From Gemmatimonadota bacterium (lineage in GTDB: Bacteria > Gemmatimonadota > Gemmatimonadetes > Palauibacterales > Palauibacteraceae): a stretch of DNA of 64,000 bases. Of this stretch, positions 1-11,235 are shown piece after piece. How positions within the stretch are numbered: the stretch's first letter is position 1; each line of letters starts with the position of its first letter. The stretch is taken from assembly GCA_963666735.1 (NCBI GenBank), contig OY762926.1, forward strand, positions 1,280,001-1,344,000, read 5' to 3'. Made by a program: the position numbers and the translations under genes. The notes below the pieces were generated by a model. The model searched no databases, was not told where the DNA came from, and was given only the letters and a program-made list of their open reading frames with translations.

Positions 1-95
1 CGCATCCGAGCACGCCAGCGAGAACGCACCCGCGAGGGATCCGGCCGCGAGCAGGCCGATGCCCCCCGAACGAGACGGTTGCGGACGGAAGAGCC

Positions 96-2390
96 TCATG
101 GTTCGTCGACGTCCCCGCCGTCCAGGTCCGCAAGCGTCGCGAGCACCTCCCGCGGCTTGGATCCCTCCGCGGGTCCCACGATCCCCGCCGCGTGCAACTG
201 GTCGATGATCCGCGCCGCGCGCCCGTACCCGATCTTGAGCCGACGCTGAAGCAGGCTTGTCGAACCCGCGGCGTGCGAGATCACGATCTCGGCGGCCTGC
301 CGGAACAGTTGGTCGCGATCCTCGGCGCCCTCGTCCGAGACCCCCGGCCCTCCCTCTTCCTCCTCCAGCTCCTTCAGCAGATCGAGGATGTCGCGCTCCG
401 AAGCGGCTTCTTCCTCGGCCCTTTCGGCTTCGGCACGCGCCTTCGCCTGCTCCCGATACCAGTCGAGGAGGCGTTCCGTCTCCTCGGAGGAGATGTAGGC
501 GCCCTGGATGCGAACGGGATCGGACTCGCCGGGCGGCAGGAAGAGCATGTCCCCGTTCCCGAGCAGGCTCTCCGCGCCGTTCTGGTCGAGAATCGTGCGG
601 CTGTCGATCTTCGACGCGACCCGGAACGCGATTCGGCTCGGGATGTTCGCCTTGATGAGGCCGGTGAGGACGTTGACCGAGGGCCGCTGCGTGGCGAGCA
701 CGAGATGGATCCCGACCGCCCTGGCCTTCTGGGCCAGCATCGCGAGCGGCGTCTCGACCTCGGACTGTACCGTCATCATGAGATCGGCCAGTTCGTCGAT
801 GATGAGGACGATGTACGGGAGCGGACCCTCATCGTAGAGCGCCGGCTCATCCATGACGCCGCGCTTCGGGAGGAAGACCTCGCGCCCGCCCGTGATTCGT
901 CCGTTGAACTCCGCGATGTTCCGGCACCCGTTCGCCGAGAGCAGTCCGAAACGGCGCTTCATCTCGTAGACCGCCCACTTCAGGACGGATGCGGCCTCTT
1001 CGTTGTCCGTGATGACCGGGTGGCGGAGGTGCGGGAGATCTCCGTAGACGGACAACTCCACCATCTTCGGATCCACCATCAGGAGACGGAGTTCGGCCGG
1101 CGTGTACCGGCCCACGAGGCTCGTGATGAGGGCATTGATGCACACCGACTTCCCGGACCCGGTCTGGCCGGCGATCAGGAGGTGCGGCATCCGGGTCAGA
1201 TCCGCGCACGTCGGCTTGCCGGAGAGGTCGCGGCCGAGTGCGAGCGGGAGCGTCTGGCGCCCCCGGCGATACGACGGGCTCTCCAGTATTTCGCGCACGA
1301 GCACCATCTCCGACGCCGGGTTGGGCACCTCGACGCCGACGGCGCCCTTGCCGGGGATCGGCGCCACGATCCGGACGGACGGCGCCTTGAGTGCCAGCGC
1401 AATGTCGTCCGCGCGGGCGGAGATCTGTCCCACCTTCACGCCGGGCGCCGGGACGACTTCGAACTGCGTCACGACGGGGCCCGTGGTCCAGCCGCCGATC
1501 TCGCCGGCCACGCGGAAGGTGGCGAGCTTCTCGATGAGGACCTCGCCGAGCCGGTCGAGATCGCGCACGCCGAGGCCGCTGCCCTGCCCCGACGGCGCGT
1601 CGAACAGGTGAACCGGCGGGACATCCGGGGATCCGGGATCGCCGGTTTCCTCCAGTTCGGGAACGGGAGGCGCCTCGTCCTCCGGCTCCGCGCCCGGGGA
1701 GTCGAGCGGCACACTCTTCGGTTCCGCAGGCTTTCGCCTTCTTTCGGCGGAGCCCCGCCTGGTCGCCGCCCTCACCTTCGCTTCGCTCGGCGGATCGGGC
1801 TTTGCGGGCGGCCGCGGCGGACGGGACCTCCGCCCGGCGCCGGCGAAGGAGCGACCGAGCCCGAGGACCGCGCCGGCGGCGGCCGCGACGCCGCGACCGA
1901 GCGAGCGGCCCCCTGCCGTCACGGCGCTGGTCAAGGACCAACTCATGGTGACGAACAGCGTGAGCACGAGGACGCCCGCGGCGAGGAGCACGCCGCCGAG
2001 ACGGCCGAACACCTGTGCGAGGCCGGCCCCCGCCGTCGCGCCCAGCCAACCGATATCGCCCGCGCCCTCCGGTCCCGGGCCCGCGAGGAGCCAGTACAGC
2101 GACGGGAGGACCGCGAGCAGCACCACCGAGAGGATGGACCAGCGGAGGGCCAGGGTCGGAGCGCCCCATCCGAAGAAATGCAGGCCCCAAAGGAACGCCG
2201 GGATCGCGAGGAGCGGCGAAAGGACGCCGACGGCCCTCCCGAGGTTGTCGTGAAGCAGTGCCCCGGCCGGCCCGATCCAGTTGCCCCCCCCGGCGAATAA
2301 CGGAGACAGCAGCGCGAACGCCACCAGGAGGCCGAGCAGGATCAGCGCAACGCCCAGCACCTCGCGCCGTTGCCGTTCATCCACCATCAC
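96..2390 (-). CDS. ftsK: DNA translocase FtsK
   Basis: N-terminal TM segments, Walker A AGQTGSGKS, IIDELADLM, LATQRPS, C-terminal gamma domain (LQRRLKIGYGRAARIID). Confidence 0.97.
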   Translation of the reverse strand: MMVDERQRREVLGVALILLGLLVAFALLSPLFAGGGNWIGPAGALLHDNLGRAVGVLSPLLAIPAFLWGLHFFGWGAPTLALRWSILSVVLLAVLPSLYWLLAGPGPEGAGDIGWLGATAGAGLAQVFGRLGGVLLAAGVLVLTLFVTMSWSLTSAVTAGGRSLGRGVAAAAGAVLGLGRSFAGAGRRSRPPRPPAKPDPPSEAKVRAATRRGSAERRRKPAEPKSVPLDSPGAEPEDEAPPVPELEETGDPGSPDVPPVHLFDAPSGQGSGLGVRDLDRLGEVLIEKLATFRVAGEIGGWTTGPVVTQFEVVPAPGVKVGQISARADDIALALKAPSVRIVAPIPGKGAVGVEVPNPASEMVLVREILESPSYRRGRQTLPLALGRDLSGKPTCADLTRMPHLLIAGQTGSGKSVCINALITSLVGRYTPAELRLLMVDPKMVELSVYGDLPHLRHPVITDNEEAASVLKWAVYEMKRRFGLLSANGCRNIAEFNGRITGGREVFLPKRGVMDEPALYDEGPLPYIVLIIDELADLMMTVQSEVETPLAMLAQKARAVGIHLVLATQRPSVNVLTGLIKANIPSRIAFRVASKIDSRTILDQNGAESLLGNGDMLFLPPGESDPVRIQGAYISSEETERLLDWYREQAKARAEAERAEEEAASERDILDLLKELEEEEGGPGVSDEGAEDRDQLFRQAAEIVISHAAGSTSLLQRRLKIGYGRAARIIDQLHAAGIVGPAEGSKPREVLATLADLDGGDVDEP

Positions 2391-2704
2391 GCATCCTCCC
2401 CGCCCCGACTGCCAACGAGAGCGCCGCCCCGCCAGACCGGCACGACCTCGAGATCATCCAGCCTCGCGCAAGCCGCCAGATCCGCGGACCGGCCGATCGC
2501 GCGCAACGCCCGGCCTGCCGCGGTGCCGGCGAGACCGGTCACCGTCGGCGGTTCCAGTCGGGCGGAGAGGGCCTGCGCGGCCCGTGCGCCATCGGTCGGT
2601 TCGGCCTCCGCGACCGTCTGGACCAGCCGCCCTACAAGATGGCCCGCGCACCACGCGTCGTCCATGCTCACGCGGCCTCGCCGCCCGGCGCACACGATCG
2701 CCGC
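2387..2704 (-). pseudogene. 5'-truncated 2-phosphosulfolactate phosphatase (ComB-like); only the C-terminal half remains
   Basis: Translation AAIVCAGRRGRVSMDDAWCAG...AGRALRAIGRSADLAACARLD...VVPVW resembles the ComB C-terminal half; begins immediately after the accC stop, same frame, no room for an N-terminal half. Confidence 0.6.
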
Positions 2705-4048
<1,344 letters not shown>

Positions 4049-4064
4049 GCGCCCGGCCGCGGCT

Positions 4065-4547
4065 TCAGTCTGGCTCGATGCGGAAGAGCAGCGCGCCGTA
4101 CTCCACCGGCTCGGCGTTGCCGACCGCGATCTCCCTCACGACGCCGGCGACATCCGACTGAAGCTCGTTCATGAGCTTCATCGCTTCGAGGATGCAGAGC
4201 GTCTGGCCGGCCTCCACCCGGTCTCCCACGGATACGAAGGGGTCGGCGTCGGCGGCGGGCGCGCGGTAGAAGGTGCCGACCATGGGCGAGAGCACCTCGA
4301 ACAGCCCCGACGCGGGCGCCGTCTCGGCCGGTGGGGAGGCGGCGGCGGCCGGAGCCTGCGCGACCTCCACGCCGCCGGCCGCCGCGGGTACCGCCGCCGC
4401 AGGCACGGCCGCCGCCAGGCGCGGGGACTTTCGGATCCTGACGCGGGTCGGGTCTCCCGTGTCCGAGCCGACAAGCTCGATGTCGAGGCCATCCACGCCG
4501 GAGTCCTCGACCAACTCGATGAGTCCCTTCAGCCAATCCAGGTCCAT
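4065..4547 (-). CDS. accB: Biotin carboxyl carrier protein
   Basis: SPMVGTFY and EAMKLMN biotinylation motif, Ala/Pro linker; ATG at 4547 (MDLDWLKGL). Confidence 0.96.
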   Translation of the reverse strand: MDLDWLKGLIELVEDSGVDGLDIELVGSDTGDPTRVRIRKSPRLAAAVPAAAVPAAAGGVEVAQAPAAAASPPAETAPASGLFEVLSPMVGTFYRAPAADADPFVSVGDRVEAGQTLCILEAMKLMNELQSDVAGVVREIAVGNAEPVEYGALLFRIEPD

Positions 4548-4549
4548 GG

Positions 4550-5113
4550 TCAGGTCACCCGCGTGATGTACTTGTTTTCCGTCCTGTCGACGCGCACGAC
4601 ATCGCCGGTCTCGAGGAAGAGCGGCACCTGGATCACGGCGCCGGCCGCCAGCCGGGCCGGCTTCGTTCCGCCCTGGGCCGTGTCCCCCCGCACTCCGGGG
4701 TCCGTCTCGACAATCTCCAACTCGACGAACTGCGGCAGTTCGACCGCGAGCACGACGCCGTCGCGGGTGAGGCTCTGGCATTCCATGTTCTCCTCCAGAT
4801 ACTGGAGCTGGTCCTCCCCGATCTGATCTCCCGACATCGGAATCTGCTCGAAGGTTTCCATGTTCATGAAGTAGTACAGCTGGCCGTCCGTGTAGCTGTA
4901 CTGCACGGGCCGCCGTTCCAGGCGCACCTCCCTGACCTTCTCTCCGGCCCGGAAGGTCTTGTCGATCACTCCTCCCTCCATCACGTCCTTGAGCTTCGTG
5001 CGGACGAAGGCCCCGCCCTTGCCCGGCTTGACGTGCTGGAAATAGGTGATCGAGTAGAGGGTGCCCTTGAGTTCGATCACCATCCCTCGACGAAAATCCG
5101 AAGTATCTGCCAT
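4550..5113 (-). CDS. efp: Elongation factor P
   Basis: [40 protein letters not shown]. Confidence 0.97.
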   Translation of the reverse strand: MADTSDFRRGMVIELKGTLYSITYFQHVKPGKGGAFVRTKLKDVMEGGVIDKTFRAGEKVREVRLERRPVQYSYTDGQLYYFMNMETFEQIPMSGDQIGEDQLQYLEENMECQSLTRDGVVLAVELPQFVELEIVETDPGVRGDTAQGGTKPARLAAGAVIQVPLFLETGDVVRVDRTENKYITRVT

Positions 5114-5122
5114 GGTATCCCG

Positions 5123-6208
5123 CTAGAGCCGGACAAGGGCGCGTGGAAGGCGGGTCAGCGTGCGGACACCGGCCTCCCCGATCCGCACATCGTCCTCGAT
5201 GCGCACGCCGCCGCGGCCGGGAAGATACAAGCCCGGTTCCACCGTCACCACGTTTCCCGCCTCCAGGACGTCGTCGGAGCGGGACGAAAGGCTGGGGCCC
5301 TCGTGCACGTCGAGTCCGATCCCGTGCCCCGTGCCGTGGCCGAAGAAGCCGTCCATCTCATGGTGCGCGAACGTCGCTCGCACGGCCAGGTCCACAATCC
5401 GGCAGGCGACCCCGGCGCCCACGGTTTCGAGCGCTTTCGCCTGAGCCTCGAGTACCTGCTCGTGGAGGGTCGTCTGCCAGGGTTCGGGCGTCCCCCGCAC
5501 GAAGGTGCGCGTGAGGTCGCTGCAGTAGCCGTCGACGCGGGCGCCGAAGTCGATGAGGAGGAGATCGCCGGGCTCGACGCGCCGGTCCGTGGGTGTCGCG
5601 TGGGGAAGCGCGGAGCGTTCTCCCGCCGCGACGATGGGGTCGAACGGGAGCGGCTCCGAGCCCCCGCGGCGGAGTTCCATCTCGAGCGCGGCCGCGATCT
5701 CGCGTTCGCTCGGAGCGGCGGACCACTCCATCGTCGACAACAACCGCTTGAACGCACCTTCCGCCACCGCGACCGCCCGTTCGATGGCATCCACTTCTTC
5801 GCGGCTCTTCACCTGCCGCAACGTCCGGATGAGATCGCGGAGCGGGACGAAGGCGATATCGGGGAGCGCCTCGCGGAGAGACTCGTGGTCGGCCACCGTC
5901 AGGCCCTCGGCCTCGAATGCGATGGGCCCCGCCGCGTCCGCCGCCACGCCGGCGACGCCGCGGATCCACCCATCGCGGCTGATATGGATGCGGATCGGAT
6001 CCGTCACTTCGACGCCCACCTGCTCCTCGTACCGAAAGTCCGTGACGAGCACCGGCGGACCTTCAAGGGGGATCCACAGAACCCCGGCGGAACCCGTGAA
6101 CCCGCTCAGGTAGCGGACGCTGGATCGGGCGGTTACCAGGACCGGCCGGCGGCCGGCGGCCTTCGTGGTCGCTTCGAGCCGAAGGCGCCGCGCGTCCGGC
6201 GGCGTCAC
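5123..6208 (-). CDS. Xaa-Pro aminopeptidase/dipeptidase (M24)
   Basis: [52 protein letters not shown] start overlapping the aroQ stop (GTGA). Confidence 0.93.
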   Translation of the reverse strand: MTPPDARRLRLEATTKAAGRRPVLVTARSSVRYLSGFTGSAGVLWIPLEGPPVLVTDFRYEEQVGVEVTDPIRIHISRDGWIRGVAGVAADAAGPIAFEAEGLTVADHESLREALPDIAFVPLRDLIRTLRQVKSREEVDAIERAVAVAEGAFKRLLSTMEWSAAPSEREIAAALEMELRRGGSEPLPFDPIVAAGERSALPHATPTDRRVEPGDLLLIDFGARVDGYCSDLTRTFVRGTPEPWQTTLHEQVLEAQAKALETVGAGVACRIVDLAVRATFAHHEMDGFFGHGTGHGIGLDVHEGPSLSSRSDDVLEAGNVVTVEPGLYLPGRGGVRIEDDVRIGEAGVRTLTRLPRALVRL

Positions 6209-6672
6209 TCCGCTCCCGCCCCGGCGCTCCCGCGAAGATGCCGGATGAGCGCCTCGAGACCGAACAGGTAGCTCGAGGCCCGGAATCCGGCGATGACGCC
6301 GATCGCGAGGTCGGAGAGGAGCGAGGTGTGCCGGAACGGCTCGCGAGCGAACACATTGGAGAGGTGGACCTCGACGAAGGGACGGCCGGAGCCGTCGAGG
6401 GCGTCGCGGAGCGCCACGCTCGTGTGGGTCAGGGCGGCGGCGTTGACGAGCCACGCATCCACCGCGCCGGTGTTCGCCTGCACCCAGTCCACGATCTCGC
6501 CTTCGTCGTTGGACTGGAAGAACGTGAGCGAAACGCCGTCCGCGCCCGCGCGCTCGCGCAGCAGCGACTCGATCTCGGCGAGCGTCCGGGTGCCGTAATG
6601 GTGGGGTTCGCGGCTCCCGAGGAGATTGAGGTTCGGTCCGTTCAGGACGCCGATGCGGGCCGGCTCGCCCAC
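6205..6672 (-). CDS. aroQ: Type II 3-dehydroquinate dehydratase
   Basis: LNGPNLNLLGSREP..YG, QSNDEG, HTSVALRDA, EVHLSN; start either GTG 6672 or ATG 6705. Confidence 0.96.
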   Translation of the reverse strand: MGEPARIGVLNGPNLNLLGSREPHHYGTRTLAEIESLLRERAGADGVSLTFFQSNDEGEIVDWVQANTGAVDAWLVNAAALTHTSVALRDALDGSGRPFVEVHLSNVFAREPFRHTSLLSDLAIGVIAGFRASSYLFGLEALIRHLRGSAGAGAE

Positions 6673-6676
6673 CCGC

Positions 6677-7531
6677 TCAGTCCGGTCTCGCGGGAGCTTC
6701 GCCATCGAGGATCCGGCGCAGCTGCTCGCCGATCGACTCGGGGGCGACAGCCGGGTCCGCCGCCTCCGTCCCGCCCGCGGCGGGCGGGGCGTCCCGCGGC
6801 GTTCCGGTCGAGGTGGCCGCGGGGCGACGGGGCGATGGTTCGTCGGCCTCCTCCGCTCGCCGACGCACGTCGGCGAGCACGGCGATGAGATCGGCGTTGT
6901 CCGGATCGCGCGCGAGCATCTGCTCGTACACGGCGATGGCGCGGTCGAAGAGGCCCTGGCTCGCGTACAGCCCGGCCAGCGTCGAGGTTTCGATCCCCCC
7001 GGGCGGAACGGGGGCGGAGTCCGGCGCCTCGCCCCGTGGAGCGGGCCGCGCGTCGGCTTCGTCGCTTCGCCAGACTTCCTCGATTTCCTCCAGCCAGTCG
7101 TTCGCCGAAGCGGCGCCGCCGGAACCGCCCGCCCCCGTCTCGACGCGCTCGACGCCCAGCGCCATGCAGGCGAGAGGGTTCGCCGGATCGAGCGTCAGGA
7201 TGTGCTCGAATTCGACTCGCGCCGCCTCGTCGTCTCCGAGTTCGAGCAGCACGCGGGCGTGGAGCAGGCGCGCGTCCAGATAGTACGGGTGTTCCCTCAA
7301 CCCATCCCGGATCACGCTCAGCGCGCGCTCGCGCTCCCCGGCTTGCCGGTACAACTCGGCGAGACGCGCGAACGTGTGGGTGCGCGACTCCAATTCGCCG
7401 TGGCGCAGGAGTTGTTCGATCTCTACGGTCTGGTCGTCGGTGGCCACAGGCTTCGCAGGGAGAAAAGCGGCAGGTTCGGGCCTTCCGGCCCGGTCCCCGG
7501 CAACATACCGATCATTTTTTTCGGTTGTCAA
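6677..7531 (-). CDS. Tetratricopeptide-repeat protein
   Basis: TPR-like helices (FARLAELYRQAGERERAL, TLAGLYASQGLFDRAIAVYEQML); start uncertain. Confidence 0.75.
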   Translation of the reverse strand: MTTEKNDRYVAGDRAGRPEPAAFLPAKPVATDDQTVEIEQLLRHGELESRTHTFARLAELYRQAGERERALSVIRDGLREHPYYLDARLLHARVLLELGDDEAARVEFEHILTLDPANPLACMALGVERVETGAGGSGGAASANDWLEEIEEVWRSDEADARPAPRGEAPDSAPVPPGGIETSTLAGLYASQGLFDRAIAVYEQMLARDPDNADLIAVLADVRRRAEEADEPSPRRPAATSTGTPRDAPPAAGGTEAADPAVAPESIGEQLRRILDGEAPARPD

Positions 7532-7710
7532 CGAACGCGGCGGGAATGCGGTGGGGCTCGCGCCTTTCGTTGCCCGGAACGCTGGGCCGGCGTACGTTTT
7601 CGACCGATCACGGAACCAGCGGCCTGCCAGGACGGCCGCTCGCGTTCCGGCCCCGGCGCGGCCGCGTTCGGGCGACTCGATTCAAGACGAGAAGGTGGGT
7701 TCGGCGTCTA

Positions 7711-9552
7711 ATGTTCATGCGGAAGATGCGCGGCAGCGCGAGCATCGTGATGGGCATCATGGCTGCGGCCTTCGTGGGCTGGCTGGTGTTCGACGGGATT
7801 AACGCGATGCAGGGAGGGAACCTCGGCGGACAGGTCAATCCCGTCGTGGGGCAGGTCGGAGGACAGGACGTCCGCTACAACGAGTGGAACATCTTCCTCC
7901 AGAACCAGCTCGCGGTGAGCCGCGCGGCCGATCGTGGCATGACGGACGAGGATGTGCGCGTCGTGACCGAACGGGCCTGGGAGAGCCTGATCGGCGCGAC
8001 GCTGATCCAGGCGGAGCTGGACCGGCTCGGGGTCACCGTGTCCGACGCGGAGGTTCGGCAGGCATTCCTCACCCAGCCGCCCCAGGAGATGTTGAGCTAC
8101 CCCGGGTTCCAGACGGACGGGCAGTTCGACATCGATAAGTACCGCCGGTTCTTCACGGACCCCGCGACGGACGAAACGCAACTTCTGCAGATCGAGAACT
8201 ACTACCGCTCCATCCTTCCGCGCGCGAAGCTCCAGACGCTCGTCCAGAGCGGGATCTACGTATCCGAGGAAGAGGCGTGGCGGTTCTACCGGGATACCAA
8301 CGAGCGGGCCCGCGTCCGCTTCGTGCGGGTCGATCCGGCCCAGACCGTGGCGGACTCCCAGGTCGCCGTTTCGGAGGATGAGATCCGGCGGGTCTACGAC
8401 GAACGCGTGGACGAGCTCATCCGGCCGGCCAGCGCCCGCGTGAACATGGTCAGCATCTCGCTTCGACCCTCCGTCGCCGACTCGGCCGCCGCCCGCCAAC
8501 GGGCCGCCGAACTCGCGGATCGCGTGCGGGGAGGCGAGGACTTCGCCGAGGTGGCGACCGCGGAGTCCGCGGACTCCATCTCCGGCGCCGAGGGCGGTTT
8601 CATGGGCAAGCGTCCGATGAGCGCCTTCGATCCGCGGCTCGCCGAAGTGGCCGCGGACGCCCCGCTTGGACAGGTCACGGATCCGGTCGAGACGCCGTTC
8701 GGGCTGCACGTCCTTCAGGTCGACGAGCGCACCGCGGACTCTCTGGCGCTGCGCCAGATCTACGTTCCGTTCGAGATTTCCGGCGCCACCGAGGACTCGG
8801 TGTTCACGCTCCTCGACGACCTGGAGGACCTTGCGCTACGCACCGACCTCATGACCGCCGGCGACTCCCTGGGAGTGACGATCCGCACCGACGTGCAACT
8901 CCTGGACGGAGTGGACTTCATTCCGGGCGCCGGCCAGTTGGGGGTGGCGAGGGAGTGGGCCCTGGGCCCCGAGAGCGAGATCGGAGACCTGTCGGACTCG
9001 TTCGAGAACCCGGCGGGGTTCCACCTGGTCGAACTTCTCGGACGGCGGGACGAGAGTACGATTCCGTTCGAGGAGGCCAGGATCGGGATTCGCGCGGAGC
9101 TCGTGGTCGAGAAGAAGAAGGAACGGACCGCCGAACTGGCCGGCGGCCTGCTCGGCGCGGTCGCGGCCGGACGTCCTCTCGATGAGGCGGCGGAGGAACT
9201 CGGTTGGTCGGTCGAGGAGACCGGATCATTCCGCCGGGGCGATTTCGTCCCGGGACTGGGCCAGGGCACGGAGGCGGTCGGCTTCGGGTTCGGGGCCGAG
9301 GTCGGCGAGTTCAGCGGCGTTCTGGACGCCGGGGATGCGGTGGTCGTCGTCGAGGTCCTGGAGCGCGAAGCGGCCACGCGGGACGGGTTCGAGGAAGTCA
9401 GCGACGCCGTGCTGGGGCAGCTGAGCTTCGAGCGTTCCCAGCAGTACGTGCAGAAATGGCTGGCTGCGCTTCGCGAAGACACGGTCGTCGAGGACCATCG
9501 CGCGAGGCTCCTCCTGCAGCAGGATGCCCAGCCCATGATCCCGGGCTTCTGA
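7711..9552 (+). CDS. PpiD/SurA-type parvulin peptidyl-prolyl isomerase chaperone
   Basis: N-terminal TM anchor, SurA-like N domain, parvulin motifs (GEDFAEVATAESAD, PVETPFGLHVLQV); ATG at 7711. Confidence 0.88.
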   Translation: MFMRKMRGSASIVMGIMAAAFVGWLVFDGINAMQGGNLGGQVNPVVGQVGGQDVRYNEWNIFLQNQLAVSRAADRGMTDEDVRVVTERAWESLIGATLIQAELDRLGVTVSDAEVRQAFLTQPPQEMLSYPGFQTDGQFDIDKYRRFFTDPATDETQLLQIENYYRSILPRAKLQTLVQSGIYVSEEEAWRFYRDTNERARVRFVRVDPAQTVADSQVAVSEDEIRRVYDERVDELIRPASARVNMVSISLRPSVADSAAARQRAAELADRVRGGEDFAEVATAESADSISGAEGGFMGKRPMSAFDPRLAEVAADAPLGQVTDPVETPFGLHVLQVDERTADSLALRQIYVPFEISGATEDSVFTLLDDLEDLALRTDLMTAGDSLGVTIRTDVQLLDGVDFIPGAGQLGVAREWALGPESEIGDLSDSFENPAGFHLVELLGRRDESTIPFEEARIGIRAELVVEKKKERTAELAGGLLGAVAAGRPLDEAAEELGWSVEETGSFRRGDFVPGLGQGTEAVGFGFGAEVGEFSGVLDAGDAVVVVEVLEREAATRDGFEEVSDAVLGQLSFERSQQYVQKWLAALREDTVVEDHRARLLLQQDAQPMIPGF

Positions 9553-9616
9553 CCCCGAACCGCTGACGACCGGCTCGGCCCCCGCCGGGTACCCCGGCTA
9601 CCGGCCGGCGATACGA

Positions 9617-9859
9617 CTAGTGTTCGGAGTTGGCGGGGCGGGCCTGCGCGGTCTCCTTGGCGGCGGAGGCCGCCGACGGAGACGCGGTGTCCCCCGTGAT
9701 CTCGGCCCGCACGTCGCCCTCGACCTCCTTGATCGAACCCTTGAACTCACGGATCCCCCGGCCGAGGGAACTCCCGATCTCGGGAAGCCGCTTCGCGCCG
9801 AAGAGGAGCAGGATAGCGAGGAATACAAGCAACAACTCCCATGGGCTCAGACCGAACAT
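9617..9859 (-). CDS. tatA: Twin-arginine translocase TatA
   Basis: ELLLVFLAILLLFGAKRLPEIGSSLGRGIREFK. Confidence 0.95.
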   Translation of the reverse strand: MFGLSPWELLLVFLAILLLFGAKRLPEIGSSLGRGIREFKGSIKEVEGDVRAEITGDTASPSAASAAKETAQARPANSEH

Positions 9860-9899
9860 CTCAGACTCCTTGGTTGTTGGCTCATCTCCCGTGTCCCGG

Positions 9900-10181
9900 T
9901 CAGAGAAGCGACCGGGCGAACCAGGCGACGAGCACGACCCCGACGACGCTCAGCACGTTCAGGCGCAGGACGATCGGCCCCAGAGTGAAGGCGAGCACCT
10001 TGAGATCGAATGCAAGCGGCTGCAGTGAAGCCGCGACCGTTGTAATGAAGAACTGACGCGCCGCTGATGGGGGCAACGTAACCGCCATGAGTTCGGTGAG
10101 CAGCCCCCCGAGCACAAATCCCCCCGCGATGATGAGGATCAGGCGTATCGGGGAGCGACTGCGTCTGCTTGCGAAGTTCAC
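9900..10181 (-). CDS. Small membrane protein (DUF4321-like)
   Basis: Two hydrophobic segments; C-terminal FDLKVLAFTLGPIVLRLNVLSVVG pattern. Confidence 0.65.
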   Translation of the reverse strand: MNFASRRSRSPIRLILIIAGGFVLGGLLTELMAVTLPPSAARQFFITTVAASLQPLAFDLKVLAFTLGPIVLRLNVLSVVGVVLVAWFARSLL

Positions 10182-10184
10182 TCG

Positions 10185-11171
10185 CTACCGTACTCTCTCG
10201 ACGACGTAATCCACGGCGAGGCTCAACGCCTCCAGGCACGGACTCGCCGGTAGGCGCCGGAGCTGGTCCCCGGCCCGGCCCGCCCGCGACCGCGCCTCCT
10301 CGCGGGCCGTCTCCACGCCTCCATGCGCTTCCACGAGATCCACGATCTCCTGCACGGCATCCGGGGAGGGCTCCGGGTCCGCGAAGAGCCCCTCGACGGC
10401 GCGTCGCTCCCCCCACTCCATCTTGGGCAGAGCGGCGATCAGGGGCAACGTTACCTTGTGTTCCTGCAGGTCCTGCCCCCGCGGTTTGCCCATCACTCGA
10501 GTCGACGATGAATAGTCGAGCAGATCGTCGACGATCTGGAACGCCATCCCCAGGTGATGGCCGTACGCGCGCATGGCGTCCCGGTATTGCGGCGCCCCGG
10601 ACAGCGTCCCGAGTTCGCACGCCGCGGACATCAGGGAAGCCGTCTTGTGTTCGCACAGCCTCTCGTAGTCGTCGCGCGTGAAGTCGAGGCCATCGTGGAG
10701 TACGAGCTGCCGCATTTCCCCGATCGTCATGCGGTTCGCCGTGTGGGCGAGGAGGGCGACCTGTTCGAGCTTGCCGAGCGCGACGACCTCGATGACCGCG
10801 CGCGAATAGAGGTAGTCGCCCGCGATGATCGCGACCTGGTGCGTCCAGCGGTGGTTGACGGTGGGCCGGCCTCTTCGCCTCGCGGAGTGATCGACCGCAT
10901 CATCGTGTACGAGGGTCGCCACATGCAGCAGTTCGACGATGGCCGCCAGCTTCACGGCATCCGGGGAGGGGCGCCCTCCCACGCCGTTGGCGAGGAGGAG
11001 CAGGGTGGGCCGAAGGAGCTTCCCGGAGCGCGCAAACAGGTAGTCGCCCACCTCGTCGAGGGCCTCGAATCCCGATGGCACCATCCCGCGCAGCTCACGC
11101 TCGACGGCAAGGAGCCGGTCCGCTACGGGCAGGCGGACTTGTTCCAGATCGATGGCGGTGGTCGGGAGCAT
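10185..11171 (-). CDS. Polyprenyl diphosphate synthase (IspB-like)
   Basis: GKLLRP, FARM LVHDDAVD..RRGRPT, KTASL, SARM FQIVDDLLD; ATG at 11171 preceded by GAGGAGG. Confidence 0.93.
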   Translation of the reverse strand: MLPTTAIDLEQVRLPVADRLLAVERELRGMVPSGFEALDEVGDYLFARSGKLLRPTLLLLANGVGGRPSPDAVKLAAIVELLHVATLVHDDAVDHSARRRGRPTVNHRWTHQVAIIAGDYLYSRAVIEVVALGKLEQVALLAHTANRMTIGEMRQLVLHDGLDFTRDDYERLCEHKTASLMSAACELGTLSGAPQYRDAMRAYGHHLGMAFQIVDDLLDYSSSTRVMGKPRGQDLQEHKVTLPLIAALPKMEWGERRAVEGLFADPEPSPDAVQEIVDLVEAHGGVETAREEARSRAGRAGDQLRRLPASPCLEALSLAVDYVVERVR

Positions 11172-11235
11172 ACCCTCCTCGGCGCGCGAATCGCGCATGA
11201 AGTGCACGGGAATGTCGGGAGCCCCGAGAGGAATG